Virus record (IMG/VR): IMGVR_UViG_3300005253_000166
Origin: a virus
DNA length: 64,000 nucleotides
Strand: one strand, 5' to 3'
Part shown: in pieces, positions 27,067-36,483 of the stretch
How the letters are laid out: each line of letters opens with the position of its first letter
Numbering within the stretch: the stretch's first letter is position 1
Notes under the pieces: generated by a model
Seen by the model: the letters and a program-made list of their open reading frames with translations, nothing else
Database searches by the model: none
Told to the model about the DNA's origin: nothing
Program-made: the position numbers and the translations under genes

Positions 27067-27650
27067 ACAACAAAAATGATGGGCAAATGAAAGGCCAAAT
27101 TATTGCAGAACTAAACAAAGTCAAACGTGAAGGTATGCAAGACCTCATTGAATGGCTCACGGGGAGTGATTTCTTTATAGCGCCTTGTTCAGGCAGGTAT
27201 CATAATGCGTTTGATGGTGGGTTGGCTGAGCATAGTTGGAATGTTTTGAAGTTGCTAAGAGAAAAGAATCATAGGTATGCTTTAAATTTATCAGCAGAGA
27301 CTATTATAATTTGTGCTCTTTTACACGATTTATGTAAAGTGAATTTTTATGTAAAGCATGTAAGGCTTAGTTATTTGAATAATGAACCAGAATACTATTA
27401 TAAGATTGAGGAGAAAGCGTTGCCTTGTGGTCATGGAGAGAAGAGCGCTTTGTTAATCCAAAAATTTATGAAGTTAAGTGACCAAGAGATTGTTATGATA
27501 CGTTGGCATATGGGTAAATATGGTGACGATTTTAATATGTATCACGGGCCTGCGTTTTACAAGGCATTAGAACTTTACCCAGCTGCACTAGCTTTACATA
27601 CAGCTGATTTTGAAGCTGCAACATTCTTAGAGACTCATGGTGTGAAATGA
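27063..27650 (+). CDS. HD-domain phosphohydrolase
   Basis: H..HD motif 'ICALLHDLCK', upstream 'RYHNAFDGGLAEHSWN'. Confidence 0.5.
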   Translation: MNNKNDGQMKGQIIAELNKVKREGMQDLIEWLTGSDFFIAPCSGRYHNAFDGGLAEHSWNVLKLLREKNHRYALNLSAETIIICALLHDLCKVNFYVKHVRLSYLNNEPEYYYKIEEKALPCGHGEKSALLIQKFMKLSDQEIVMIRWHMGKYGDDFNMYHGPAFYKALELYPAALALHTADFEAATFLETHGVK

Positions 27651-27780
27651 AAATACTTGATAAACTAAGTCAAATAAGAATTGAATTTACGTCTAGTGAA
27701 GTTGACGCTCTCAAAAAGATATTGAGTAATCATAGTGGAGATTACGAGAAATTTGCGATGGAATTATACGATTTGATAAA

Positions 27781-28089
27781 ATGAAGATTACGATAAAACA
27801 GGGGTTCATTGAGTTTCGAAGGGTCGATAAACCAAAATATAGTCTATTTGAACTTGAGAGGGTAGAAGTTAATGAACAGTATCAAAGAAGGGGGCATGGT
27901 TGCAAACTTTTTAATATGATGATTGAAAAGATAAAACCATATAGAAAATTGTTTTGTACTACTCATGCTTCAAATAAAATAGCTCATAGATTTTATGAGC
28001 ATATGGGTATGAAGATGGAAGCAGTTTTACCGAATCATTATTATAGGGGTGAACCAGAGATAGTGTATAGTCAATACCCGGTGTCGTGA
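27781..28089 (+). CDS. small GNAT-like acetyltransferase
   Basis: 'EQYQRRGHGCKLF' acetyl-CoA binding-like motif. Confidence 0.35.
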   Translation: MKITIKQGFIEFRRVDKPKYSLFELERVEVNEQYQRRGHGCKLFNMMIEKIKPYRKLFCTTHASNKIAHRFYEHMGMKMEAVLPNHYYRGEPEIVYSQYPVS

Positions 28090-28433
28090 GAATGGTAAGC
28101 AACGTGGAGAAGGGAAAAAGAGTTGAAAAGAAAGCGCGTGATGCACTTGAAGAGCTTGGATGGAAAATCTTGTTTAAGAGTATTAGGACGAGGTTTCAGA
28201 GTCAAGACTTTGCTGGGCTTTTCGATATCGTCGCAGCTAGAGATAGGAGTCGTCGATTGGTTAGTGTTAAAACTTTTGTAAGTAATGCAAGGCATGTAGA
28301 GCATAAAAGGGATTTGCAAAATTTTTCAAACAAACATTCTCTATTAAATGAGAAGTGCGAGCTTTGGTTATGGCACCAAGAGACCTCTAGTACTTCTAGT
28401 GCTGGAGGTACGTGGGAGATGATTACGTTTTAA
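28086..28433 (+). CDS. Hjc-like PD-(D/E)xK nuclease (Holliday-junction resolvase-like)
   Basis: 'KGKRVEKKARDALEELGWKILF'..'FDIVAAR'..'LVSVKT' parallels Hjc E..D..(E/S)VK. Confidence 0.4.
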   Translation: MRMVSNVEKGKRVEKKARDALEELGWKILFKSIRTRFQSQDFAGLFDIVAARDRSRRLVSVKTFVSNARHVEHKRDLQNFSNKHSLLNEKCELWLWHQETSSTSSAGGTWEMITF

Positions 28434-28449
28434 TGAAGGTGAGGTTAGA

Positions 28450-28647
28450 ATGGTAAAAGGAACTTTGAAACAGATTAAGAAGGACTATTTGGATAAGTCA
28501 ATTCCAATAAAGGATATATTAGATTGTGAAGATGGTTGCCCTTTAGATAGCAATAGTTGCTATGAAAAGAATAAAGGGTTTGATGATTGTGATGAAATAA
28601 ATGAACAAATACTAGCAGAAAAATTAATTAAGATTGGATTAATTTAA
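28450..28647 (+). CDS. hypothetical Cys-containing protein
   Basis: ORF. Confidence 0.3.
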   Translation: MVKGTLKQIKKDYLDKSIPIKDILDCEDGCPLDSNSCYEKNKGFDDCDEINEQILAEKLIKIGLI

Positions 28648-28810
28648 AGATGGCAATCAAAAAAGATAGAAAAGGATTAGTGAATATAAGTACTTTGAAT
28701 AAAGTAGAGGAGAAAATATTTATCAAATTCCTCGAGATGGAGAAAGAACGTCACGAAGATGATATAAGGCATATAGAGGAGACAATTGCACGTATTCGTT
28801 TGAAGGAAAA

Positions 28811-29200
28811 ATGAACTACTTTCAGGGGATATTCGTTTGTGCTGTTACCGCATTAATAGTTACGTTGCTAGGTCAAATACCATATCAATTCAACGACAAA
28901 AACAAACTTAGGGAATTAAATAAAGAAAAGAAGAAGATAAAAGGAATTTTAAAAAAGGATAATGTTATCAACAACGACGAACTTTATGAAAAAAATCAAA
29001 AACAATTGATTAGAGCGAACTGGGAAGTAAGTCGTCGTATCATGTTTCCATTAATTATTCAAATGGCGATTATTTTTTACGCACTAAATAGATTAAGAAT
29101 ACTTAACCCTATGTTCCTGTGGTTGGTTTGGTATATAGGATTTGCAATGCTATTCAGTAGAATGTGGAAAAAGGTATTTGTGTTATTAGTAGGGGGTTAA
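28811..29200 (+). CDS. membrane protein
   Basis: TM helices at both ends. Confidence 0.4.
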   Translation: MNYFQGIFVCAVTALIVTLLGQIPYQFNDKNKLRELNKEKKKIKGILKKDNVINNDELYEKNQKQLIRANWEVSRRIMFPLIIQMAIIFYALNRLRILNPMFLWLVWYIGFAMLFSRMWKKVFVLLVGG

Positions 29201-29201
29201 G

Positions 29202-29528
29202 ATGTTAGATACATACAAGCAAAAAAGATTAGCAAAACAATTGGCGCCTATTATCAAACGTTGCAAAGAGATTGATAAGATATTTGATACTGATTTAGAA
29301 ATTAGCCAAGCAAAGGTATTAGGTATAGAGCTTGCTGATTTATTTATAGAAGTTGTTCAAATTTGTGGTAAGTATGGCTTTCGTAAGTCTAAAATGTATA
29401 CACAGGTTTGCAATGGATTGAAAGAAAGACTAAAAGCTACTAAAGATGAAGATTTATTAAGTGATAGTGTAAACTACTTACTCAGTAATTTTAATTCGTT
29501 GATTGTTACAATGGGTATAGCAATCTAA
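29202..29528 (+). CDS. hypothetical protein
   Basis: ORF. Confidence 0.4.
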   Translation: MLDTYKQKRLAKQLAPIIKRCKEIDKIFDTDLEISQAKVLGIELADLFIEVVQICGKYGFRKSKMYTQVCNGLKERLKATKDEDLLSDSVNYLLSNFNSLIVTMGIAI

Positions 29529-29598
29529 AAAAGGTGCGGATAAATCCGCAACTTCATCACCTTCAGGTGATAAAGATATAACAATCTAATATCTAATA

Positions 29599-29820
29599 TT
29601 GAAAATGAAATACAAAACGTTTGCAATGAATTATGAGCACTTGAAATTTAATGTAGAAGAATCTATCTCGGTTGAAGAACATACTAATTATATAGACATT
29701 AAGAAAAATTATAAATACGGTTATATTGGGGGTTTTCATTCCTTAGATATGACGAATGCAACTGCAATAAAATTGCGAGACTTGCTTAACAAAATATTTC
29801 CTGTCGAGGGTGGAAAATGA
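29599..29820 (+). CDS. hypothetical protein
   Basis: ORF. Confidence 0.35.
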   Translation: MKMKYKTFAMNYEHLKFNVEESISVEEHTNYIDIKKNYKYGYIGGFHSLDMTNATAIKLRDLLNKIFPVEGGK

Positions 29821-30074
29821 CAAAACTAAACTATTTTTGTAAAAGGTGTAGGCATGCATGGTTCCTTTTAATGGGATGTTATACTCCGCAAAAGTCGATT
29901 CCTAAAGCGCATCGTGAAAATCGTGATGCATATGTTGAAGTAGTAGAAGATGAACATGGTAATGTTCTTAAAACCCGTTACACGAGGGAAGCTGGACATT
30001 GTTATTGTGGTACGGCTTTTCCTGTAGAGATTGAGGGACCGAAAGGTCTTTCAATGCTAGGAGTGAAGGTGTAA
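29817..30074 (+). CDS. zinc-binding protein (CKRCRH...HCYCG) immediately upstream of dpdA-like gene
   Basis: ORF, ATGA coupled. Confidence 0.4.
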   Translation: MTKLNYFCKRCRHAWFLLMGCYTPQKSIPKAHRENRDAYVEVVEDEHGNVLKTRYTREAGHCYCGTAFPVEIEGPKGLSMLGVKV

Positions 30075-30076
30075 AA

Positions 30077-30772
30077 ATGCGGTATGCACATATCACGCCA
30101 CTCAGAAACTTTAAACTTTCGGATACCTATAATGATATGCATCTATTATTATATCACTGGGGGCTCAAGAGTGAAAAGTACAGTAGGAAATGCAGACAAA
30201 GTAAAGTATACAAAATGGCTGATAACAGTCAATATGAATTAAGAAAAGAAATAGACTATGACGATTACTTAAGATGGGCGCAATGGGTAAAAGCAGACGA
30301 AATAATTGCTCCTGACGTTATGTACAATTTCAAGAAGACAAAGAAATTAATCGAGGATTTTATTCCAAGGGTTCCGAAACAAATTGCTGGTCATAAAGTT
30401 AAAATTCAAGGAGTTGTTTGTGGCAAGACTATAGAAGAATTGAAGCGATGTTATGATTGGCTTTGTAATAACGAAGGGATTGACGTGATTGGTATTAGTA
30501 AACACGGATGTGTTCCATATAAAAAGGAAGATTATTTTCAATCGCGCCGAGATTTTTTAGAATCGGTATTCGGCACTGAGAAGCCTATTCACTTGCTCGG
30601 TGTAAATGATTTCAAAGATTTTTTGACAGATATACCAACTTTGAATGTTCGTTCAATTGATGGGAAGTTCCTTGCCAAAGTTGCAAATTTCGACAAGAAA
30701 ATTGATTTACATACTCATATTAATCGCAATCATCTACTAAGTTTATTCAATTTGTTTGAGCATATTAAATAA
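30077..30772 (+). CDS. dpdA: tRNA-guanine transglycosylase-fold protein, DpdA-like (7-deazaguanine DNA transglycosylase candidate)
   Basis: 'KPIHLLGVNDFKDFL' resembles the TGT 'PRYLMGVGxPxDL' motif followed ~17 aa later by an Asp-containing segment; short TGT-like length typical of phage DpdA; located in preQ0 cluster. Confidence 0.45.
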   Translation: MRYAHITPLRNFKLSDTYNDMHLLLYHWGLKSEKYSRKCRQSKVYKMADNSQYELRKEIDYDDYLRWAQWVKADEIIAPDVMYNFKKTKKLIEDFIPRVPKQIAGHKVKIQGVVCGKTIEELKRCYDWLCNNEGIDVIGISKHGCVPYKKEDYFQSRRDFLESVFGTEKPIHLLGVNDFKDFLTDIPTLNVRSIDGKFLAKVANFDKKIDLHTHINRNHLLSLFNLFEHIK

Positions 30773-31142
30773 ATATTGCTGGTCATTATATATAAAATAT
30801 TGCTGGTCAAATTTATTAGGAGGTTAAGAAGGTGGGACAACCAAACGAGAGAATTATAAAATGTGTCAGATGTGGTGTATTTAATTTAGATAGTGCAATA
30901 ATAATGAATGATTATGTTTATTGTTTAAGGTGCTTTGCTGAAAGTTCAGATTTACAGAATAGATTAAAGGAAATGATATTTGAAGGAAAAAATAAAGGTT
31001 AAGGTAAGATGGAAGATGAAGAAGCATTTAGTTTAATTAATCAAATGATAGGAATGTTGCATAGTAATTATCATCATAATAAAAAAAGAGATTTAAAGTT
31101 AGACCAATTGGATGAATGGACTAAGAAGTTAATTAAGAAAAA

Positions 31143-31346
31143 ATGAAACTCGATACTAAGTTTGCAATTTGGGAAATACTAGCAGGTTTGACTATGATTG
31201 CATCGTTTGTTTTTGCTGGGTTTCAGGGTGAATGGAAGTATAAGTATATGGGTGGTTATACATTGATAAATTTGGGTTATTCAGGTTTGGGTTTACTCGC
31301 TCTTATTGTAATAATTCACGGTGTAGAAGGTTTGCGTAAAAATTGA
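31143..31346 (+). CDS. small membrane protein
   Basis: hydrophobic ORF. Confidence 0.4.
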   Translation: MKLDTKFAIWEILAGLTMIASFVFAGFQGEWKYKYMGGYTLINLGYSGLGLLALIVIIHGVEGLRKN

Positions 31347-31574
31347 TGGACATTCGGTCTATCTAATGAAAACAAATACGAGGTGATTAATATGCAAACA
31401 TATAAGATAGAGATAAACTGTTGGAATTGCCATGGGACTAATGACTTCGTTATTCCTAAAGGCACTTTAGTTAAGGTTTTTGTAGAGGGTAAGAAATGTG
31501 TTCACTGTGGGTGTTTAGTCCGAGAATATAATAATCCTTAGTAATGAGGAAATCAAATACGGGGTGAGAAGTAA

Positions 31575-32429
31575 ATGAGGTATAAAAAAGCAAGTGTCAG
31601 CGTTGTTGCTGGTACGACGATTGCAATAGTAATTTTTATTGTTGCAATTATTGTGCTGTTGATAGGCGTTGATGTGGTTGACGCAAATAGATTAGGGGTG
31701 AAAGTACGGTTTGGGAATGTACTGGGTGCAATGGGGCCTGGTATACAGTGGACGGGGTTGTTTACTAACGTGTATCAATATGATATGCGTATAAGGAAGT
31801 CGACAATACAATTAGAGGGTGATTTTAATGCACCTGACAAAGAAGGTCAGCCCATTTACGCGACCATTAGCGTAAACTATAAGGTAAGGCGCGACCTGAA
31901 TACAGTAATTAATCTGTATAAGAACGTTGGTACAGATAGGTATATAGCAGATATCTTGAATATTGAACCTATTATCACAGAAGGGTTTAAACAGGCAACG
32001 GTTAAGTACGAGGCATTGGAAATCTTGGATAAGAGACAAGAAGTAAAGGAATTGGCTAGGGCTAATATTAAGGCTAACTTCCCAAAAGACTATTTTGATA
32101 TAGTGGATATTGTTATAGGTAATATTCATTATTCAAAGCAATTCCAAGATGCAATCGATTCGAAGAAGACTGCTATACAATTAGCAGAGAAGGCAGAGAA
32201 CGATTTGGAGAGAGTTAAGTTTGAGCAGCAACAAGAAATTGAAAAGTATAAAGCAGAGGCTAAAAAACTTGAACTACAGAAAAAACAAGTTACTGCATTA
32301 TTGAACCAGCAGAAGTGGATTGAGACATGGGATGGCAAGTTACCTACCTATATGATAACTACACCAGATGCAGCAAATCTATTACTGCCATTACCAGGGA
32401 CAATAGGTGGTGAAAGTGCTCTTACTTAG
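31575..32429 (+). CDS. SPFH/band-7 (prohibitin/stomatin-like) membrane protein
   Basis: N-terminal TM, SPFH-like core, C-terminal coiled-coil (KFEQQQEIEKYKAEAKKLELQKKQ). Confidence 0.55.
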   Translation: MRYKKASVSVVAGTTIAIVIFIVAIIVLLIGVDVVDANRLGVKVRFGNVLGAMGPGIQWTGLFTNVYQYDMRIRKSTIQLEGDFNAPDKEGQPIYATISVNYKVRRDLNTVINLYKNVGTDRYIADILNIEPIITEGFKQATVKYEALEILDKRQEVKELARANIKANFPKDYFDIVDIVIGNIHYSKQFQDAIDSKKTAIQLAEKAENDLERVKFEQQQEIEKYKAEAKKLELQKKQVTALLNQQKWIETWDGKLPTYMITTPDAANLLLPLPGTIGGESALT

Positions 32430-32619
32430 AGTACTTTTATACTTTGTTGTTATCGCTGGTATAGCAGTAGGAGTATATAAAGCAGTGAAGTATTTTGCAG
32501 GTTCAAGAGCTAGAGTCGGAAAAGCTCACGTAGAGAAATTCCACGACGACGAAGAAAAAAGAGCTGACAAAAAAATTAAAGCAATAAAGAAGAGCTTTAA
32601 GCCTAGAGAGGGAAAATGA
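32407..32619 (+). CDS. small membrane protein with basic tail
   Basis: ORF. Confidence 0.35.
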   Translation: MVKVLLLRVLLYFVVIAGIAVGVYKAVKYFAGSRARVGKAHVEKFHDDEEKRADKKIKAIKKSFKPREGK

Positions 32620-32933
32620 AAAGTCGTTTGCTATTTTATATAGCAATCCTTTTTATTTTTATTTTGATTATCTGGATTGCGATTATGAATTCTAATACTA
32701 ACGACCTTGCACCTGGAACCAGAGAAGGTATCGAGAAGGGTAAGCGAGCAACTCAAGAACTCAAAGACGAAGTTTACACTCGCGACGATGGTGAATATAT
32801 TGAACCTATCGAGTATACTGGTTTGATGGGTTTTATATCGGGTAAGAGATTTACTTTGGTTATAAGCATAGTTCTTTTTACAATGTTTGTTGCTATCTTC
32901 GGTAGGTGGAGGAGTCTATTGTACAATGAATAA
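32616..32933 (+). CDS. membrane protein, paralog 1 (MNS..DL..TREGI.KG...DLKE.YT)
   Basis: paralogous to next gene. Confidence 0.45.
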   Translation: MKSRLLFYIAILFIFILIIWIAIMNSNTNDLAPGTREGIEKGKRATQELKDEVYTRDDGEYIEPIEYTGLMGFISGKRFTLVISIVLFTMFVAIFGRWRSLLYNE

Positions 32934-33333
32934 ACGCACTAAAAGGATATTCAAGGATAATGAATTGCGAGCTAAGAGACCTAATTGGAAACCTTTGATT
33001 TATGCTTGTGGTGGATTCGCTATCTTTTTATTATTTTGGGTTGTTGTTATGAATTCAGGCAGTGATGATTTAACTTCATCTACTCGCGAAGGTATTGCGA
33101 AGGGTAGACAATCAGTTGAAGACCTAAAAGAAAGTATTTACACCCAGGAAGTTGAAGAAGTTGAACAACATGATGATACAGAAGGAAGTCCATTATCAGG
33201 TTTATCTGATAATAGTTTAGCTGAATTAGCACCAGGAGTAGTAGCACTCATAGTCATATTGGGTGTCTTCGGTGCTGTTGCTGCTATTGTTTATGCAGTA
33301 GTAGGCATTATGAGAGGTGGAGGGATGGTATGA
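32926..33333 (+). CDS. membrane protein, paralog 2
   Basis: 'VMNSGSDDLTSSTREGIAKGRQSVEDLKESIYT' vs upstream 'IMNSNTNDLAPGTREGIEKGKRATQELKDEVYT'. Confidence 0.45.
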   Translation: MNKRTKRIFKDNELRAKRPNWKPLIYACGGFAIFLLFWVVVMNSGSDDLTSSTREGIAKGRQSVEDLKESIYTQEVEEVEQHDDTEGSPLSGLSDNSLAELAPGVVALIVILGVFGAVAAIVYAVVGIMRGGGMV

Positions 33334-35735
33334 AAATCCCTCTCTATGCTCGGAATTTCGAAGATAGGATGAGGTATAAGACTAAACTTGAAGTCTGGCA
33401 TGATAAGGAAAAAGAAATCGTAGATATTCCATTCAAACCGTATTTCTATTCTCGTAAGCCAAGAAGTATTAGTGTTGCACAAGTTGAGATGGAACGTCTT
33501 AAATTTATTTCTGATTTACATAGCGAAACCCTTTACAAATACAATTTCAATTCAGTTAAAGATATACCATTGTACAGGGACGAAGATTCTTTGGAGGCAG
33601 ATATACCCTACATACAAAGGGTCGCAATAGATGCTCCTAATTTTTATACAAGGTATCCTCAGACTAAGCCTTTAGACATGTTTTATTTTGATATAGAGAC
33701 CGATACTTCTGGAGCTTTTCCTAAACCAGAACGTAATATTATTACCGCTTTGTCGTATGCCCTTAATGATGGTGAATTAGTAACATATACAGTTGATAAT
33801 ATTAAGCAAGGTGATGCTAATATTCTCGAAGCATTTACAAGTGATATTAAAAAGTTGAATCCGGATTCCTTCGTGGGATATAATTCTACATATTTTGACA
33901 TTCCTTACATTATCGATAGGTTAAGAATAAATGGCATGTCTGATGAATCTTTATCCCGGAATAAAGGTGGAGCAAGTTTTGTAAATCAGCAAGGGCAGAC
34001 GATTTTAAATATACAGGGAAGGGTAAACGCTGACGTATTCCGTGAAGTTAAGCTTGACCAAACGTTGTTCGGAATAAGTGATAGAAAGCTAAAGACTGTT
34101 GGTAAATTTTTCAATGTAGAAAAGAAGATTCAGCAATTACCTGGTTATGAAGATTATAAAATGATTTTAGAAGACCTTGGTAATATACGGTCAATTGTTG
34201 GTACTCCTAAATTGAAGAAGTATATTGAGTCTGATGTATTGATAACTCGGGAACTTTCTAGGTTTTACTTTAATAATGTAACTACGTTCGCAGAAATGTT
34301 AAGGGTTCCGATTAGCGTTATGACTAAGCGTTCTGCTAATTTAATTGGTACAATAGTTTATGCTAGGGAATTGGCGAAGAAAAAAATCATCTCAGATGAC
34401 CCGAATTTCAAGCGATTTCCTACGGTATTCGGAATTCCTGAATTTGATGAGAGGCGCGGTCGATATTCCTTTAATGGGGGTACAGGGGTGCAAGGGGCGT
34501 TGGTCGGTTTATTTAAAGATGGTAAATCACTTCCATTATTTAATGAATTAAAAGAACAGTTCAAGGATGTCTATAAATTAGACTTTGCTAGTCTTTATCC
34601 TACTATACAAAGGACGTTTAATTTGAGCCCTGAGACAACAAAGATAATTGAAATAAAAGAAAAAGGACCAAAGATATTAACATATGAAAAGAAGGATGGC
34701 TATTCAATTCTAGGAATACCAGATAGAAAGATGGGTTACGTCCTTATAAAAATATTACCAGAAGAGGGTTTCCTTCCAATCATGCTTACAGAGTTGCACC
34801 ATAAGCGATTAGAGATTAAAGCTAAATTAAAGGATGTTAATCTTTCTGAACATGAGAGAGAAGGTCTAGAGTCTCTTTCATGGTCAAATAAAGTTGTACA
34901 GAACATGAACTACGGATTAGGTGGTGCTGCATATTTTAGATATTCAGACCTTGCGGTGACTATTGCAACGACTGGTATTGGGCGTTTTCTAATGCAAATG
35001 GTTCTCGATGTAAATTTACAAGTTAATATTGCCTGCGACACCGATGGTTTATATTTAACTGGGGTACCTGATGTCGGCGAATACAATAGAATTATTAATG
35101 AGTACATAGAAAAACAATTTGAGTTGAAGAGTTACCTAGATATTGAAGTGGAGGGGCCATATCCAAATAGTTACTTTTTAAAAAGGAAAAATTATATACT
35201 ACAAAGGGAAGATAAAGTTATTATCAAACATGGAAACAGTTTCAAAGGTAGTGCTAAGAATGTTATTTTTTCATACGCATTAGAACGTTTGATTGACTCT
35301 ATGTTTAACAATCCTAAAAAAATTAAAGAAGCGATTAAAGATTGTTTTAAATTAGATGAACGGAATATAAAGGATTATATTCAGCGTACTGGTATTCATA
35401 GACCCTTAAGTGAATATGCTAGTGGTTCTTGCTTGCAAGTCGCTATGGCTAGGCAATATGCTGATTTTCACAATATCGAAGTGACTCAAGGGGATAGTAT
35501 AGAGTATGTGAAACAGGAAGGTGGTTACGTAATACGTGATTTGGCTAAGCTTAGAAAGATTGATAAAAAATATTATTTGTCTCAGGTCAAACGTGTTTTA
35601 GAACGACTTAATTTAACCCAAGTTTCTGTAAATACAACTAAGGGTTTCAAACATAAAATGTATAAAAGGGGTCGAAGTGGTTATATATTCGACGGGCAGT
35701 CTGTGTGCCAACAGGTGACTTTAGATGGGGTATAA
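33330..35735 (+). CDS. family-B DNA polymerase with 3'-5' proofreading exonuclease
   Basis: Exo I 'FDIETD', Exo II 'YNSTYFDIPY', Exo III 'YIESD'; motif A 'DFASLYPTI', motif B 'KVVQNMNYG', motif C 'IACDTDGLY'. Confidence 0.9.
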   Translation: MKIPLYARNFEDRMRYKTKLEVWHDKEKEIVDIPFKPYFYSRKPRSISVAQVEMERLKFISDLHSETLYKYNFNSVKDIPLYRDEDSLEADIPYIQRVAIDAPNFYTRYPQTKPLDMFYFDIETDTSGAFPKPERNIITALSYALNDGELVTYTVDNIKQGDANILEAFTSDIKKLNPDSFVGYNSTYFDIPYIIDRLRINGMSDESLSRNKGGASFVNQQGQTILNIQGRVNADVFREVKLDQTLFGISDRKLKTVGKFFNVEKKIQQLPGYEDYKMILEDLGNIRSIVGTPKLKKYIESDVLITRELSRFYFNNVTTFAEMLRVPISVMTKRSANLIGTIVYARELAKKKIISDDPNFKRFPTVFGIPEFDERRGRYSFNGGTGVQGALVGLFKDGKSLPLFNELKEQFKDVYKLDFASLYPTIQRTFNLSPETTKIIEIKEKGPKILTYEKKDGYSILGIPDRKMGYVLIKILPEEGFLPIMLTELHHKRLEIKAKLKDVNLSEHEREGLESLSWSNKVVQNMNYGLGGAAYFRYSDLAVTIATTGIGRFLMQMVLDVNLQVNIACDTDGLYLTGVPDVGEYNRIINEYIEKQFELKSYLDIEVEGPYPNSYFLKRKNYILQREDKVIIKHGNSFKGSAKNVIFSYALERLIDSMFNNPKKIKEAIKDCFKLDERNIKDYIQRTGIHRPLSEYASGSCLQVAMARQYADFHNIEVTQGDSIEYVKQEGGYVIRDLAKLRKIDKKYYLSQVKRVLERLNLTQVSVNTTKGFKHKMYKRGRSGYIFDGQSVCQQVTLDGV

Positions 35736-36471
35736 TGGACCGATTAGGTGTGTCAAGTGTGGTGTATCGAAGAAATTAAATAAGGTTAACTTAGAGGTCG
35801 GTATTGCAAATCATGGAAGTGAAAATAAGTTTCGTAATAAATATTTATGTCGATATTGTAAACCCTATTTAACTAAGTTAAAGGGTTATATTCTTAGGTG
35901 TATCAAGTGTGGTGTTAGTAAAAAAGTTAATAGTCTACAGATTAGAGTTGGTATCAGTCGATTCGGTTGTTATGATAAATATAAAAAAAGGTATAAGTGT
36001 CAAAAGTGTTCTCGAGTTAAAATAGAAGACTTGATTAAGTGGTTAAGATTGATTAAAGATAAAAATTTGAGTAAGACTGAATTCAGAGAGAGTGGTAAAA
36101 GATATGGTTATGGGAGTCGAAGTATTATAAAATATGTGCTTGACCGAAACAATCTAACTCTCGATGAGCTAGCAAAACAAGCTGGTATAGAATTTACTAT
36201 TCCAGACAAAGGTTTGGGCCTTAACGAAACTATGATGCTCGATAGACAAGAACAAAAAATAGGTCGTAGAATCGAAAGGCAAAAATATGTAATTGGTTAC
36301 AGGCTTGACGGCTATGACTCCGTTGCGAATACAGCTTACGAAGTCGACGAATACCATCATCAATATCAAAAGATTGAAGACCAAATGAGAGAAGATAAAA
36401 TTAAGGCAGCAATCAAGTGTAAGTTCGTACGAATTCCTGATACTTCATTAGAGCAAACAACATTAGATTGA
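35725..36471 (+). CDS. double zinc-ribbon protein with C-terminal nuclease-like segment
   Basis: two copies of 'C.KCGVSKK.N...V...VGI...G....K..Y.C..C'; C-terminal 'GYRLDGYDSVANTAYEVDEYHH' resembles PD-(D/E)xK/Vsr-like endonuclease cores (weak). Confidence 0.4.
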   Translation: MGYNGPIRCVKCGVSKKLNKVNLEVGIANHGSENKFRNKYLCRYCKPYLTKLKGYILRCIKCGVSKKVNSLQIRVGISRFGCYDKYKKRYKCQKCSRVKIEDLIKWLRLIKDKNLSKTEFRESGKRYGYGSRSIIKYVLDRNNLTLDELAKQAGIEFTIPDKGLGLNETMMLDRQEQKIGRRIERQKYVIGYRLDGYDSVANTAYEVDEYHHQYQKIEDQMREDKIKAAIKCKFVRIPDTSLEQTTLD

Positions 36472-36483
36472 GGCGAAACAAAA

